This document shows positions 48,711-60,779 of a stretch of DNA of 64,000 bases, piece by piece. The position numbers and the translations under genes are program-made. A model generated the notes under the pieces. The model was not told the DNA's origin. It searched no databases and saw nothing but the letters and a program-made list of their open reading frames with translations. Source of the DNA: Lama guanicoe (Eukaryota). Every line of letters starts with the position of its first letter. Positions within the stretch are counted from its first letter, which is position 1. The stretch covers positions 1,989,589 to 2,053,588 of the forward strand of contig MU053994.1 in NCBI GenBank assembly GCA_013239625.1. Reading direction: 5' to 3'.

Positions 48711-50589
48711 AAGATGTGTGTTTCACCACATGAAAATCAGACTATAATGTTTTTTTAAACACTGGAATTCTCCACCACTCCCTCCTCCCCCCAAAAAAGA
48801 AGGAAAAAAAACCCCACGTACAACAAATATGGGCTCTGGAATTCCACATATCTTCTCGTCTTTGGGATCAAGCTAGAGAAATTCTACTTTAAGCCTAAGG
48901 CCATGTGACAGAAACGCGGCCACCACACCGCAGCAGAGGCAGGAAGGCAAGTCGACGTGTCTGAGCCGAGGCCTGCCTTCCCGAGACGTGGCTCTGGCTC
49001 CTGCTCATATTGTAAACTGAAGGGCACGTTCTAACCAGACGATTATTCCCGGGGTTAGCCACGAATGAGGCATACATTTCCACCTTGTCCCCTCTCTGCT
49101 TCTCCCTTCTCGGGTGACTGTTCACGGCTGGGGCACGGCAGGAACTCCACACGAGCACCCAAAATCCTGCACCATGACAACTTCATCTCTTAATTACAGT
49201 AAACATTTACATACTGCTCGGGCCCAGCCAGTGCAGAAAGATTCGTTAATGCAGAAACATGCCCTTTAACCATCCCGTTTTATTACACAAAACCCCCGGG
49301 GACCTGAGCAGCCCAAGATTTGCAAAAGATGATGGAGAAATTGGCTGAGATATTAAGCCCCTTTCCAGGTGCAATTAAAAGTGGGCTGGAGAAGCTCCCG
49401 CTTTCACAGATATGGATTTTTTTTTTCATTCTGAATTCACACTGTAAGGATTCTAGGTACCTAGCTGCCATTAGAATTCTAACATTTGCTGGAGATGGGG
49501 TTTTGTTTTCATTCCCATTTTCCCCTCTCCGTTTCTGAATTGACAACCCTGCAGGTTTTGCTGGGAGGTCTAATATTTCCATGGCCGCCCAAGCACAAGG
49601 CCAGTTGGAAATAAACCCAGCAGCAAAGACCGCCATGAACATTATGAACATTCCTCTCGCTTCAAGCCTTTGATTCTTTAAAACAGACCCTCTCTGGAGA
49701 GACCAACTTTAATCACATTTTCTCTAGCAAAATCCAGCTGGCCTGGGGAGGGACAGCCCACGCCAGGCTCGGAGCCGGTAAGGAAGTGCCAGAGTGCCAC
49801 GGCAGGCTCCCTACTTTCAGGACAAGAAAAGGTCACTAGAGGAGGAGGAGGAAAGGCTTTGGGAAAAGTCAAACCGGAGCTTCCTCCAACTTCCTGTGCC
49901 TCCTCTCCGCTCCTGGCCTCTTCTCGGTTGTATGATCTTAGAAAAGTGACTCCTCTCTGTGCCTCGGTCCCATCATCTTTAAAGCAGGGGTAACGATCCT
50001 TCCTCTGCAGGAGTGTCGAGTAAGGGCTTTGGTGAGGTAGCTCTGTGCAGAGTCTCCAGCCAGGGCTAGCAGGTTAGTGCCACCCACGCCATGCTCAATG
50101 GCTCATTTTCTTATTGTCACCAGTATTATTGCCATCCTTGTCAAACCTTAGGCAGCCAAAAGGATCCCTTGTGCCACCTTCCCATTAATGAAATTGTGCT
50201 CGAGCGCTCTTGCAGCCCCTTTCTCCCCTCGTGACTGAAAAGAAGAGTTCTACACCAAATCAGCTTGCGAAAGCCACCTCCGGGGTTCCCACCCAGATTG
50301 GCAGGAAAGGCACTTGGGCTGAGGCTGAGGGTGGAAGGGGCAGTTCTGAGCAGTGAGCAGTCAGGGGGGTGGGCATGACTACCTGGTGGGAGAGCGGCCA
50401 TATGGAAGCGGGTGGGGTAGGCAGGCTGAGGAGGAGGCCAGCCAGGAATCTAGGGGGAAGCTCAAGGTCCATGAAGAGCAAGATCTAAGGCTAATCCTGG
50501 GGAGAGGCAGGCGTCCTCTGCCTCGTGCGTAGACACATGCAATAGCACATACCCTACCTGACGACAACTTTCAGTTATTTAATTTATTT

Positions 50590-50825
50590 CACAGACATTC
50601 ATAAAGCATTTGAGTTGTGTTGGGCACTGTTCCAGCACATTACAATCATCACTTTATTTAATCCTCATAACCACCCTATGAGACAGAAACTGAAATGATC
50701 CCCATTTTCCAGGGGACGCAACTGAGGCTCAGAGAGGTTCGTTAACTCACTTAAGGTCACAGAGCTAGGAGGTGGCAGAATTGGAATTTAAATCCAGGGA
50801 GAGGGGCTGCACAGCCTACACTGTT
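50590..50825 (-). mobile_element. MIR SINE
   Basis: atttaatcctcataaccaccctatgag...ccccatttt...aactgaggctcagagaggtt...aaggtcacagagctag. Confidence 0.9.
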
Positions 50826-50986
50826 ACCCACTGCAGGTAATACTTGCCCAGGGATTCACAGAAGGAAGGGATTCAGTCGGGCCCAAGCTTGGATTTAAAG
50901 GATCAGATCAGGCAGGTGAGGGGAGAGAGGAGAGAGGCAAAGGGCTTTACAAGTAGGGGCAAGAATGTGAATGAAGGCTTAGGGCA

Positions 50987-51079
50987 TGGGGGTGCGAATA
51001 GCTCAGTGGTAGAACACATGCTTAGCACGCACAAGGTCCTGGGTTCAATCCCCAACACCTCCATTTAAAAAACAAAAAA
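50987..51079 (+). mobile_element. tRNA-Ala-derived SINE or retrocopy (Vic-1-like) with TSD
   Basis: atagctcagtggtagaacacatgcttagcacgcacaaggtcctgggttcaatccccaacacctcca plus an A-tail; TSD AAGGCTTAGGGCA (50974-50986) / AAGACTTAGGGCA (51080-51092). Confidence 0.9.
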
Positions 51080-51169
51080 AAGACTTAGGGCAGACACGAG
51101 TGCCACAGGGCTGGCTGGGAAGAACAGAGAGAAAAGAGTTTGTGTCATCGAGTGGGAGATGGAAAAAGA

Positions 51170-51800
51170 GGGCATCATGGATACTTCTGACATCAAGTTA
51201 CAGAAAATCTCAACTCAAACTGGCTTCGACCAGTGGCCTTAGAACACTTTGACCACAATCCACAGTAACAAATATCCTTGCCACGTTGGCTCTGTACACA
51301 TACATCCATGTCACCAAAGTTTCACAAAGCGCTATGCACGTGATGTACTATATTTTCAATCTGTTCTTCCCTATTCTAACTCATTTTTTACATTGTTGGT
51401 TGTGACCGACTTGATTGATTCCATGGCCCACAAATGAGTTCTGATCCACAGTTGGACAAATACTGGCTTAAACACTAAAGGAACTGATGGTGGCAGTAAC
51501 AGGGGTATGCAGAGGCGGAGCTGGCTCCAGGTAGGGGACACTCAGATAGGACGTGTCAGCCTCATGCTAAGACTAGTTTCTCTGGAGGTCATAAGGAGCT
51601 CCTGGCCATCCCAGACGACACATCTAGGCAGATGCAAGTCCAGGGGAAGAAAAAGGCAGGCTACACTCTGAGTACCTTTCTTAGGAACAAGTCAATATTC
51701 CCCAGAAGCCCCCAGCAGACCTCCCTTCATGCCTCATTGGTTAGGACAGAGCCACAAGTCCATTTCTGACCCAATCCCTAGCCAGAGAAATAGACTGACC
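51170..51800 (-). mobile_element. Old MaLR LTR (MLT1K-like) interrupted by a hAT element
   Basis: caagttacagaaaatctcaactcaaactggctt [insertion] gcttaaacactaaagg...cccagaagcccccagcagacctcccttcatgcctcattgg. Confidence 0.7.
51231..51465. mobile_element. Non-autonomous hAT DNA transposon (MER-type MITE)
   Basis: Termini CAGTGG... / ...TACTG; 8-bp flanks GCTTCGAC / GCTTAAAC. Confidence 0.7.
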
Positions 51801-52359
51801 ACCCAGTGGGGTGACAGATACCGGGGTTCGGCCACTGTACCCTCTGCAAGCCCACAGGGGTAGGCCCTCATTATAGATGCCAGCCAAGAGACACAAAATT
51901 GATCTCATGGGGTTTGCAGCAGAGGTGACAGGGTTAAATGTGACAAAGGACAGGGATCCAGATTGGCCACCCTGGGGAGGGGGAGCGTGGAATGCTGGGC
52001 TGTGGGGGTGGGAGGCATGATGAGAAGGGCTGTAAACCAGGAAGGGCAGGGACCAATGTCCCCCAGGGGCACCCTGATTGGTACACGGAGGCTGGCTCTC
52101 AAGAGCAGCCTGAAGGGCGAAGGCTGGTGTACATGTTGGGGGAGGGGGCAGGGGTGCCAGGTTCCAGTCCCACCTCTAGGAAAAGCCACCTCTAGGATAC
52201 AGGAGACATCTAGTATCAGGCTGTGGAGCCAGGTGTCAGGATGCGGGCAGCTGAGAGCAGGAGCACCGTCCAGAGGGGCGAGGCCTGAACAAGCGAGTGG
52301 TAAGAACCAGATGGAGTCTGAAGTGGGGCTCAGTCAGCCAGGGAAAGATAGAAGATGGT

Positions 52360-53400
52360 TTGGGTGGTTTCCCCGTAGGGGACCTTTAAGACAAGGATCC
52401 CGGGACCAGAAGTTCATGTGTGTTTCAGTTATCTATTGCCGGGCAACGAACTACTCCCATACTTGGTGGCTTCAAATAAATAACAATCACTTATTTGCTC
52501 ACAATTTTGCAATCTGAGCATCAGCTGAATCAGTTCAACGGGTGCTGGAAGACCCCTTACCTAAAGAGACAGCAGGTTGATACAGGCTACTGCCTGCCAG
52601 CTCTGAAATTCCTCATCTCACAGGTCTGCAGGCCAGAAGTCCAAAATCAAGGTGTCAGCGGGGTCGGTCCCTCCTTGGGGGCTCCAAGGGAAAATCTGTT
52701 CCAGGCCTCTCTCCTGCCTTCTGGGGCTGGCCGGCCAGCCTTGGTGTTCCTTGTGGTCTGCCAAGGCCCCCTAATTGCCACCTCTGCTGTGACATGGAGT
52801 GTCTGTGTCTCTGTGTCTTCGCTCCCTCTTCTTAAAAGGAAACTTGTCATTGGATTTGCGGCCCACCCTCATCTTAACTTCATGACATCTGCAACCACCC
52901 TGCTTCTGAACAAGGTCACATTCTCATAGGGACTAGGGGTTGGGATTTCAACAGATCTTCTCGGGGGACACAATTCAATCTGTAACAACACCCTATCTCT
53001 TGGTAGGGGGACTGACAAGGGCTTCACAGCCAACTTTAACCCTGCACAATCTGAGTGATGACAACAAGAAGAAAAAATGATGAAGCAAGCCGGAAGGGAA
53101 AGAAGTCATGGGATTGATGTTATCACGGCAGTGGTTACTGTGAGAACAGGTAGGACTTCTTCCCACTGGGGACCTCGGGGAACAGTGTGGAATGAGCCTC
53201 AAAGTTTCTCCAGCCGAGGGATGGGATGGCAGAGCATTTACCCACTGATCCCCCCTTGTCGGTGCCCTGAGTGTGCTGCCAGAAAAGGTCCCTAGGGTAG
53301 AGTCGGAGGTGTTGGCAGTAAGCAGTCTTCTGAGCTTAGAGGCGAGGGCTACAGGCAGGTGCGTGAGGCACCGAAAGTGTCTGCCATCAAGGGCAGGCCA
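52360..53400 (-). mobile_element. ERVL LTR (LTR16-like) interrupted by MLT1 sequence
   Basis: ctttaagacaaggatcc [MLT1] ...cccactggggacctcggggaacagtgtggaatgagcctcaaagt...gagcatttacccac. Confidence 0.5.
52418..52990 (-). mobile_element. MaLR LTR sequence, probably two MLT1 pieces
   Basis: tgtttcagttatctattgcc...ttatttgctcacaattttgcaatc; ggccagaagtccaaaatcaaggtgtcagc...aacaaggtcacattc...gggacacaattcaatc. Confidence 0.8.
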
Positions 53401-54259
53401 AGGCAAGCCAGCAGGGGCAGCCGAGCTGGCCGGTGGCAAAATTCCAACCCCACAGGTTTAGCCACTACGAAAGGGCTGAGAGGCACGTGGACTACATAGA
53501 TGTAACCCAGGGGCCACCCCCTCACCACTCAAAACAGACCAAAGGGATCCAGCCAGGACCTAACATGGGCTCCCTGTGGATGGGCCGCTGGAGGCCAGAC
53601 TGGGGACACATCTAACCCTGCCACTGGGCAGAAGAGGAGCCTAGGCTGTGGCCTCGGCCAGGAACTGGGGCAGGCTGACAGCTCCAGGCTGAGCCTGGAG
53701 GGAGCAGGTTCCGGGCTGGGAAGCCCAGGGGGCAGCGGGGAGAGGGGTCACCACAACCTTGAAGGGCAGTGAGAGTCCCATCTAAGCGTGGCTGGGCCCC
53801 AGCCGTCACCCAAGCAGCTTCTCCTGCCCCGGATGGCTGCTCTTCGGACACAGGCCTCAGGAAAAACTGGGAGGGGAGAGGCGAGGCGCAAGCAGCCAGA
53901 ATGCTTTTCCCTCTCTTGCTTTGCACCTTCCCTACCGGGCGCTCGGGGCCGGCGAAGCCGCCTGCAGAAAGCACGTGGCCGTGAGTTTCTCATGAATGAT
54001 TTTAAATGATTCTCGTTCTGTCCATGGGGGGAAATCACAGACTGAAAATCCAGCAAAAGCGTAGCCAGCTGAGGGCTGCTCCGGATGGCTGCTAAAAAGC
54101 AGACAGCCTGGCCACTGGCATTCAAACAGCAAGGGGTCCTGGGAAAGAAACAGGCTCCCCAGGCCGAGGCCACCAGGAGCCCCGGGCGATGCCCGGTGCA
54201 AATCAGGCCACTGTGCACCCACTCTGGGCCTCACACTCATGGCCCCACTTAATCCTCCC

Positions 54260-54910
54260 GACCTGTCATTCGCTCACTCATTCGTTCATTATGCAACGAA
54301 TAATCACTAAGCGATTGCTATATGTCACTCGCTATTCTAGGCCCTGGGAAACTGTTGTGAACAAAACAGATTTTTTTTCAAATCCCCGTAGTCATGGAGC
54401 TTACACTCTTGTCAGGGAGAAAGGCAGAAAACAAAAAATTAGCAAAACATGCGGTGTGTTTTATGGTGGGAAGTAGGAAGGAGAAAAGTTGGGCAGGGAG
54501 GAGAATGGGGAACCCAGGGACCGGGGGTACAGGGAAGGTGGCAGGTTTCAAAAGAGTACGCACGTGCTAAGTGGACACTTCAACAAAGACCTTGAGGAGG
54601 CGCCAGAGGGAGCACTGGGGACAATGGAGAAAGAGCAGGCCTGAGAACAGCCAGTGCAAAGGTCCTGAGGTGGGAGCGGTTCGGTGTGTTCCAGGAGCCG
54701 CAAAGAGGCCAGAGTGGCTGAAGCGAGAAGGGGGAGCAACAGGCTGGGAGCTCAGAGAAGTAAGGGGGCGGGTACCAGATCAGACAAGGCCTTCTTAACA
54801 CCCGCAGCATTCACTCGGGTGCCATAGGAAGGCTCTGGAGGATTCTGTGCCAAAAGGGACAAGATCAGACTGGGGTTTTAGGGGACCCCTCTGGCTGTTG
54901 TTTTCAGAGA
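54260..54910 (-). mobile_element. L2 LINE 3' fragment
   Basis: cattcgctcactcattcgttc...catggagcttacactctt...cagtgcaaaggtcctgaggtggga. Confidence 0.85.
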
Positions 54911-55882
54911 ATTGGAAAAATCTGATACAGATTTCCCATATTTCTCAAAATTCCCTAACTCCCTCTTTCTGCTGCTCCCTCCTTCCATTGGGTAAAACAA
55001 AAAATGGATGCAAAGCTCTGTTTCGTCCACCAGTCTTTGGGTTGATGATGTCTGAGCCTTTCTGGGACTTCTCATGCTTCTGGTCTTTTCCTTGGGAGGC
55101 AAAGTGGCGTGAGTCTGGGTGGAGGAGCAGGATGGGCTGGGCCGAGCCTGGGCTCTCACATCCCCCCATGGGCAGGGCAGTTCCCAGAAGCACAAATCCG
55201 GGCTTTACCTCCTCCTGGGGTAGGTTCCTTACCCCTCCATGGCCCAGACAGTAGCCAGGTCTTGGCATCCTCAGCCTTCAAGCTTTTGTGGGCAGGGCCA
55301 CAGTGGAGTTGCCAGGCACCCAGGGGCCAGTCCCCCTCCCAGGCTTTTGTCTTCAACTGAAGCCAAAGCTGTGGAAGGATTATATGGGATCAGGCGTTCC
55401 CAGAGCCTGTTTTGTATACCGCTGGAGGTACACAGACCCGTATTTTTAAATAATTATGGTTATGTATTTTGATGTGCTAGGAAAAAGAAAACCCACACAG
55501 CCGACCCATGACTGCATGAATATTATTGCTCAGGAGAAAGCTAAAACATTTAGGGTGGTTTTTTTTTTTCTTTTAAGAAAAAAAGATGATTTAAATTAAA
55601 AACATTATGTTAATAATGACATAAGTGGTACAAAATACTGCAGATGTCACGGAGGAAGTATACAATAATGCTGCAGCAGGTTGTTTCGGATGGGGAGGAA
55701 TGAGGGAAGGGGCTTCCCCCCCACCCCAGTGATCTGAAAGGGTTTTTGTTAAATATCCTCTTATATAACCGAAGAACCAGCAGGCTGTAGAACAGTAGAA
55801 AACACGACCACCAGAAACGTTAAATAAAACTCTCACGCTCTCACCTGCTCGACAGCACCGCCATTAACACCCAAGTCCACAT

Positions 55883-56435
55883 CTGTCTTGCTCTACCGCT
55901 GCGTAGCGAATTACCGCAAATTGAGCAGCTTAAAACACCACCCACTTATTACCCACCACGTCTGCAGCTCAGAAGTCCGAGGGGACTTGGTTCTCTGTTC
56001 TGGGTCTCACAAGGCCAAAGTTAAGGTGTCAGCCCAGCTGGGCTTTTATCCGGAGGGTCTCAGGGAGAATTCACTCCCAAGCTCGCTCAGGTTTTAGGAG
56101 AATCCAGGTCCTTGCGGCTGTAGGACTGAGGTCCCCGTTCCCTTGCGGGCTGTTCTCTGTTTCTTGTACGTCTTCAAGCCAGGAATAGCACATCTAACCT
56201 TTCTCACGCTTTAAATCTCTCTGACTTCTGCCCATCTCTTGTGCTACAAGTCAGAGAAAACGCTCTGCTTTTAAAGAGCTCGTGTGACTTGTTTAGGCCC
56301 GCCCTACTGGATTTCTCTCTGCTTGATGGTCACCTGTGCCAGGTAACTTGACACAATCACGTGAGCAAAATCTCATCACATTCACAGTTTCCAAGATTAA
56401 GATATGAAACATGTGTTTAGAATCCTGCCCACCAC
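55883..56435 (-). mobile_element. MaLR solo LTR, MLT1D/E-like
   Basis: gctgcgtagcgaattaccgcaaattgagcagcttaaaacacc...tctcacaaggccaaagttaaggtgtcagc...ttagaatcctgcccaccac. Confidence 0.85.
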
Positions 56436-56824
56436 CACACCTTCCTGGATCTTTCTTTGCACAAATATTTATAAAGCCATTTTCGTACTGTAGATACAAT
56501 AAGCAACCTGCTTTTTTCCTGTCAAAGATCACCACACCTTTCCATTTCAGTAAATATTCATCTCAACCAACACCCAGAACGTATTCGGATTTCCTTAATG
56601 GGCCCCGAAATGTCTTTACAAACCAGTATTCAGTCCAGGCCCAATATAGCATCTGGTTCTGTCGCTTACCTAGCCAGATCCTTTTTTCATCGATCCTGCT
56701 GTATTCAAGAGGACAGGCGAGTCATTCTGCAAAATGTCCCACCTTCTAGATGTATCAGGTGGCTTCCTCGTGACGTCATTAGCTTGTTCCTCCTCCCCCT
56801 GCATTCCCTCCCAGGCGAAAGTTA

Positions 56825-56950
56825 TACACTGGTGAGGCAGCAGATGTTTAATGCCTGGCTCTCTGGGGGAAAAGCCCAGATCTGGGGTGTTAGTGAATCT
56901 CCATGGTGTGACTACTTCCACTCTGGCTGATTTCAAGCCACCAACGAGGG
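56825..56950. mobile_element. hAT MER63-like fragment
   Basis: gatgtttaatgcctggctctc...ggctgatttcaagccaccaac, homologous to 62335-62545. Confidence 0.6.
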
Positions 56951-57119
56951 GAGGTAGAGGAGGCTATAAGAAGAAAGACTTGAAGAGCCTCCCCATTCTC
57001 ATCCCTAAAACGCTATGGAGGAGACAGGATGATACGTGCTCCAGGAGCAGAAGGGCCTGGCACTGTTCCGCCTCCAAGAGGACTGTCTGGGGGTGAAATG
57101 ATCTGTACAAGCTGTGATC

Positions 57120-57428
57120 TCAGAAGCCACGGCAAAGTTCCCTGTGGTGCAGCCCAGCCGGGAAGCCAGCATGGTAGTGAAATCCCACAGCAGCCTGGCT
57201 CCTTGGGCGGGTCACTCTCCGCTGACCCACCACCCCGGGCAGGCCTGAGCCCCAGCTGCCACAGGAATCACTGGCTTGATGATCATCCCTTTGTTGGTTT
57301 CCTTCCCTGCCCTTCCCTGGCTCATCTCTGCACCCCTCTACTGGGGCTTCCTGGGACCACCTCCCAAATAAAGCACCAGCCCCCAATTCCTTGTGTCAGG
57401 ACCTGCTTCCAGGACCCAAGCGGAGACA
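57120..57428 (+). mobile_element. ERVL LTR 3' part, LTR16-like
   Basis: ccctttgttggtttccttccc...cttcctgggaccacctcccaaataaag...ccttgtgtcaggacctgcttcc...agaca. Confidence 0.7.
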
Positions 57429-58689
57429 GAAGGCAGCAGCGGACAGGGAGCGGCGTGAAGTTGTTTCAGGTTTTATATTGTTTACAAAGGGATGTATTCA
57501 TGTATTAGTAATGCAATTAATAATCCATTTTATAACACAACATTGCAAATCAACTATACATCAGTAAACATTTTTTAAAAATCCATTTGAAATAAGCCAA
57601 TTTTCAAATGGAAAAACAACGGCTAGAAACTCCAGAAGATTCACCAAAAGACACCACAGGTAAATGCTCCCACTCCCCTCTCTTCTCGCCCTGACCGAGA
57701 AGCCACTGTCCCACTGATGCCCACACCTCTCCCCACACCCCAGGACACGACACCAGCAGGTGATCATTTTAAGAGGAGTTGACATTTGTTGAGCAGATAC
57801 TATGCAGAACGCTTTGTGTAGATTCTCTGTTTTACATACTTCGAGCACATGTACTTATCTCCGCTTCCTCCCAAGCTCCCCCTCATAGGATGGTGAAGGA
57901 ACAAAAAAGGTACAAACCCACAATAAGGAAGGGGGGGCGGGGTGTCAGCAGATGAGGGATTTCAACACATTTCTGGGAGACAGAGCAGAAGGAAGGGTGG
58001 TGACAGGTGACGCAGAGCAGAGGGAACCACAGCTGGAATCCTCCCAGGCGAGCAGGCGCGAGGAAAAGGCTCCAGGCTGAGACCGTGGGGGTCCCTGAGA
58101 GCAGGGGTGGGAAATGCGGCCAGAAACGGGGGTTGACTGAGGGTCTGCAGCCAGATAACCACCCCCCTCACCACAAACCCCACCTTTGGGGGTAGAAGAG
58201 CCAAGAGCACACTTCTTGGCTTCCTAGAGTTGACACTGGGGTTCGTGCCTGCATTTCTCAACAACTACAACAATGGAAGTGGGGGAAGATTGTTTTCTGA
58301 AGAAAGGGAACTCATTTTTCGAGAACTGGAGCAGCTCGTGCGGATATTAGCGCCTTGGAAGAAAGCCCCCCACTCACTGCTGCCACCGTGATTCATCATT
58401 TGGGAGACCTCAGCTCCCCACCTGCTCCCCTAAAATAGAGCTCGCCACCCACCCATCCCCATCACGCACGTGACGCTTATGGTCCACGTCCTTCCACTGC
58501 ACAGGAAGACACGCCCTCCCTGGTGGTTCGTCTAAAGACAGCCTGCACCATCAGAGAGAAAGACAGAGAAGAGCAACAGAAAAATGGATCCTGGGGAAAA
58601 GAGAGATCATTTAGTCAACAGAGGAGAAGAAGAAAGAGGGGGAAGAGAGGGAGGAGGAAGAGGAAAAGGAAGCTTTAGAAGATGCAAGA

Positions 58690-58960
58690 ATCTATTGCAA
58701 CCATAAAACAAGAAGGTGGCACTAACAAATTACAGAAAGTAAGAGCACTTGCAAATTAAAAATATGGGGACAGACTGAAAGAAATCAATTAAAGGCCTGA
58801 AAGAAAAAAGAAATTCGAGACTCTTCCAGGACATCGAGCATGATGAGAGAGACAGAAACATAAGAGAAAAGAGAAGAAACATAGAGAATCAGTCTGGGAG
58901 GTCCAACATGTGAGGAATAACAGGATTTTCAGAAAGAAAGACTGGAGAATGCAGAGGGAA
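58690..58960 (+). mobile_element. Ancient L1 or HAL1 ORF1-region remnant
   Basis: A-rich ttgcaaattaaaaatatg...gagaatcagtctgggaggtccaacatg...ggattttcagaaagaaag. Confidence 0.55.
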
Positions 58961-59494
58961 AGAACCTGGAAACCACCCCAGCCCCTGTGGCTTTGGACCG
59001 TGCTGGGAGGGGGCAGACTCCGTGTGGCTGGGTGGGCCCCCACACTTTGTGAGCCAGGCTGCCATGTTTTGTGTATCCTCTGTCAATTTCCCTTTCGTCC
59101 TCCCTTCGAGAAGTCCCAGCTGAGCCAAGAGGAGCCAAGTGGAGGAAGAGTGTATCCATGCAGGACACTCGGGGGTAAAATGGAGAGGGGGCAACACTGG
59201 GGACTAGTGTGATGGAATCAGTGGGCCTCAAAATGAGGGTCCCCTGAGGGAAGGGGACTCCGGGAGGGCACAAGGTCAGAGCTGCTCACTTCTCATCCCA
59301 CTGAGAGATTCTTTCCAGATCTAGATCCTAGTGGCCCTGGGTTTTGTTTGGAAAAGGAGTGGGGTTTTCCCTTACAGCTCATCTTGCGGATATGCGGAAG
59401 TCAGCTTCTCCAGGATGTCTTCTAGCCAAAGGACAGGAGATGGGAGCTGATGGGGACGGAAGCTGTAAAAGATTTCTCAGCAGATGTTTTTGAT

Positions 59495-60610
59495 ACTGGA
59501 ATGGGATGCCTGGCAGCGAAGTGAGTCCTCTGTCACTGGAGGTATTTAAGCAGAACCCAGATAAACATCCATCGGGAAAACTGTGAAAGGAATTGAAACC
59601 CTAGAACTGGTACATTCACAGAGATAGAAAGTAGAATAAAGGTTACTAGGGGTTGGGGGTGGGGTGATGAGGAGTGGTGCTTAATGGGTACAGAGTTTCT
59701 ATTTGGGATGATGGAACAGTTCCGAAAACAGATAGAGGTGATGTTTACACAACATTGTCAATGTACTTAATGCCACTTAAAATGGTAGAATTTTATGTTA
59801 TGTATATTTTACCACAATTATTTGTAAAGTCAAAACAAAAGGGAATTGGAACTCACATACACTGGGGGTGGGGACATACAAAAGTGTGACCACTGTGGAA
59901 AACAGTCTGGTAGTCTTTCAACAAAGTTGAACATAGAACTACCATATGACCCAGCAATTCCATTCCTTAGGTATCTACCCAAGAGAAATGAAAAACACCT
60001 GGCCACGAATATTCATGGCGGCATAATTCATCATAGCCAAAAGGTGGAAATAGCTCAAATGTCCATCAATAGATGAATGGATAAACGAAATGTCTATCCA
60101 TACACTGGAATATTATTTGGCAACAAAAAGGAATGGAGTACTGACACCTGCTACACCACGAATGAACCTTGAAAACATTATGTTGAGTGAAGAAGCCAGT
60201 CACACAAGACCACAGACTGCATGGCTCCAATTACAGGAAATATCCACAACTGGCAAATCTATAGAAACAGAAAGTAGATCCATGGTCGCCTAGGCTGGGG
60301 TGGGGGGCGCTTGGAGGGAAATGGGGGAGTGACGGCTAATGGGTACTGCGTTTCTTTGGGAGATGATAAAAAGTGGTGATGGTTGCATTTCTCTGTGAAT
60401 GTACTAAAAACCATTGAATTGTACACTTGAAATGGGTGAATTGGATGGTATGTGAATTATATCTCAATAAAGCTGTGGGTTGTTTTCTTTTTTATTTTTT
60501 AATAAAAAAGGAACAGAAGCTTCCCACCGAGATGGGAACTGGGGCCAGATGACCTCTTTCCATTCCAAGGTTGGGCGATTTCCATTCCAAAGCTCAGGGA
60601 TCTTCTGACG
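59495..60610 (+). mobile_element. L3/CR1 3' end split by L1 insertion(s)
   Basis: tggaatgggatgcctgg...gtgagtcctctgtcactggaggtatttaagcag (59495-59590) resumes as ccagatgacctct (about 60545). Confidence 0.55.
59600..60510 (+). mobile_element. Ancient L1 (L1MB-like) 3' fragments, two pieces
   Basis: cactgtggaaaacagtctgg...catatgacccagcaattccattcc...aaatgtccatcaatagatgaatggataaac...tgtgaattatatctcaataaagc. Confidence 0.9.
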
Positions 60611-60779
60611 CCTCCTCCCATTCAAGTTTTGGGCCCCAGGAGGGCTTTCTCAGCAGCTCCTGGACACACTCCCCAGCCGGTCGGTCGTGGTGCCTGCTAG
60701 TGGCTGAGTCAGAAGCTTTGGGCAGCGCCGAGAAGGCACCCCCTGCATCACACTGTCAGCCTGGCCCCCTGGGTTGGTT

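Noticed and set aside
50987..51063. Possible tRNA-Ala(AGC) gene, also at 22117 and 43432
   Set aside because: Broken anticodon and acceptor stem pairing, A-rich tails and TSDs indicate retroposed SINE copies
54598..54618. CTCF-like motif GCGCCAGAGGGAGCAC, and CCGTCAGGGGGCAA near 62613
   Set aside because: Imperfect matches that are common in GC-rich DNA and cannot be supported without PWM or ChIP data
55330..55760. AT-rich segment that may be a DNA transposon remnant
   Set aside because: I could not identify termini, a TSD or a family with confidence
60557..60590. Duplicated TTTCCATTCCAA (TEAD-like CATTCC)
   Set aside because: It lies in the decayed L3/CR1 tail and is most simply a small local duplication
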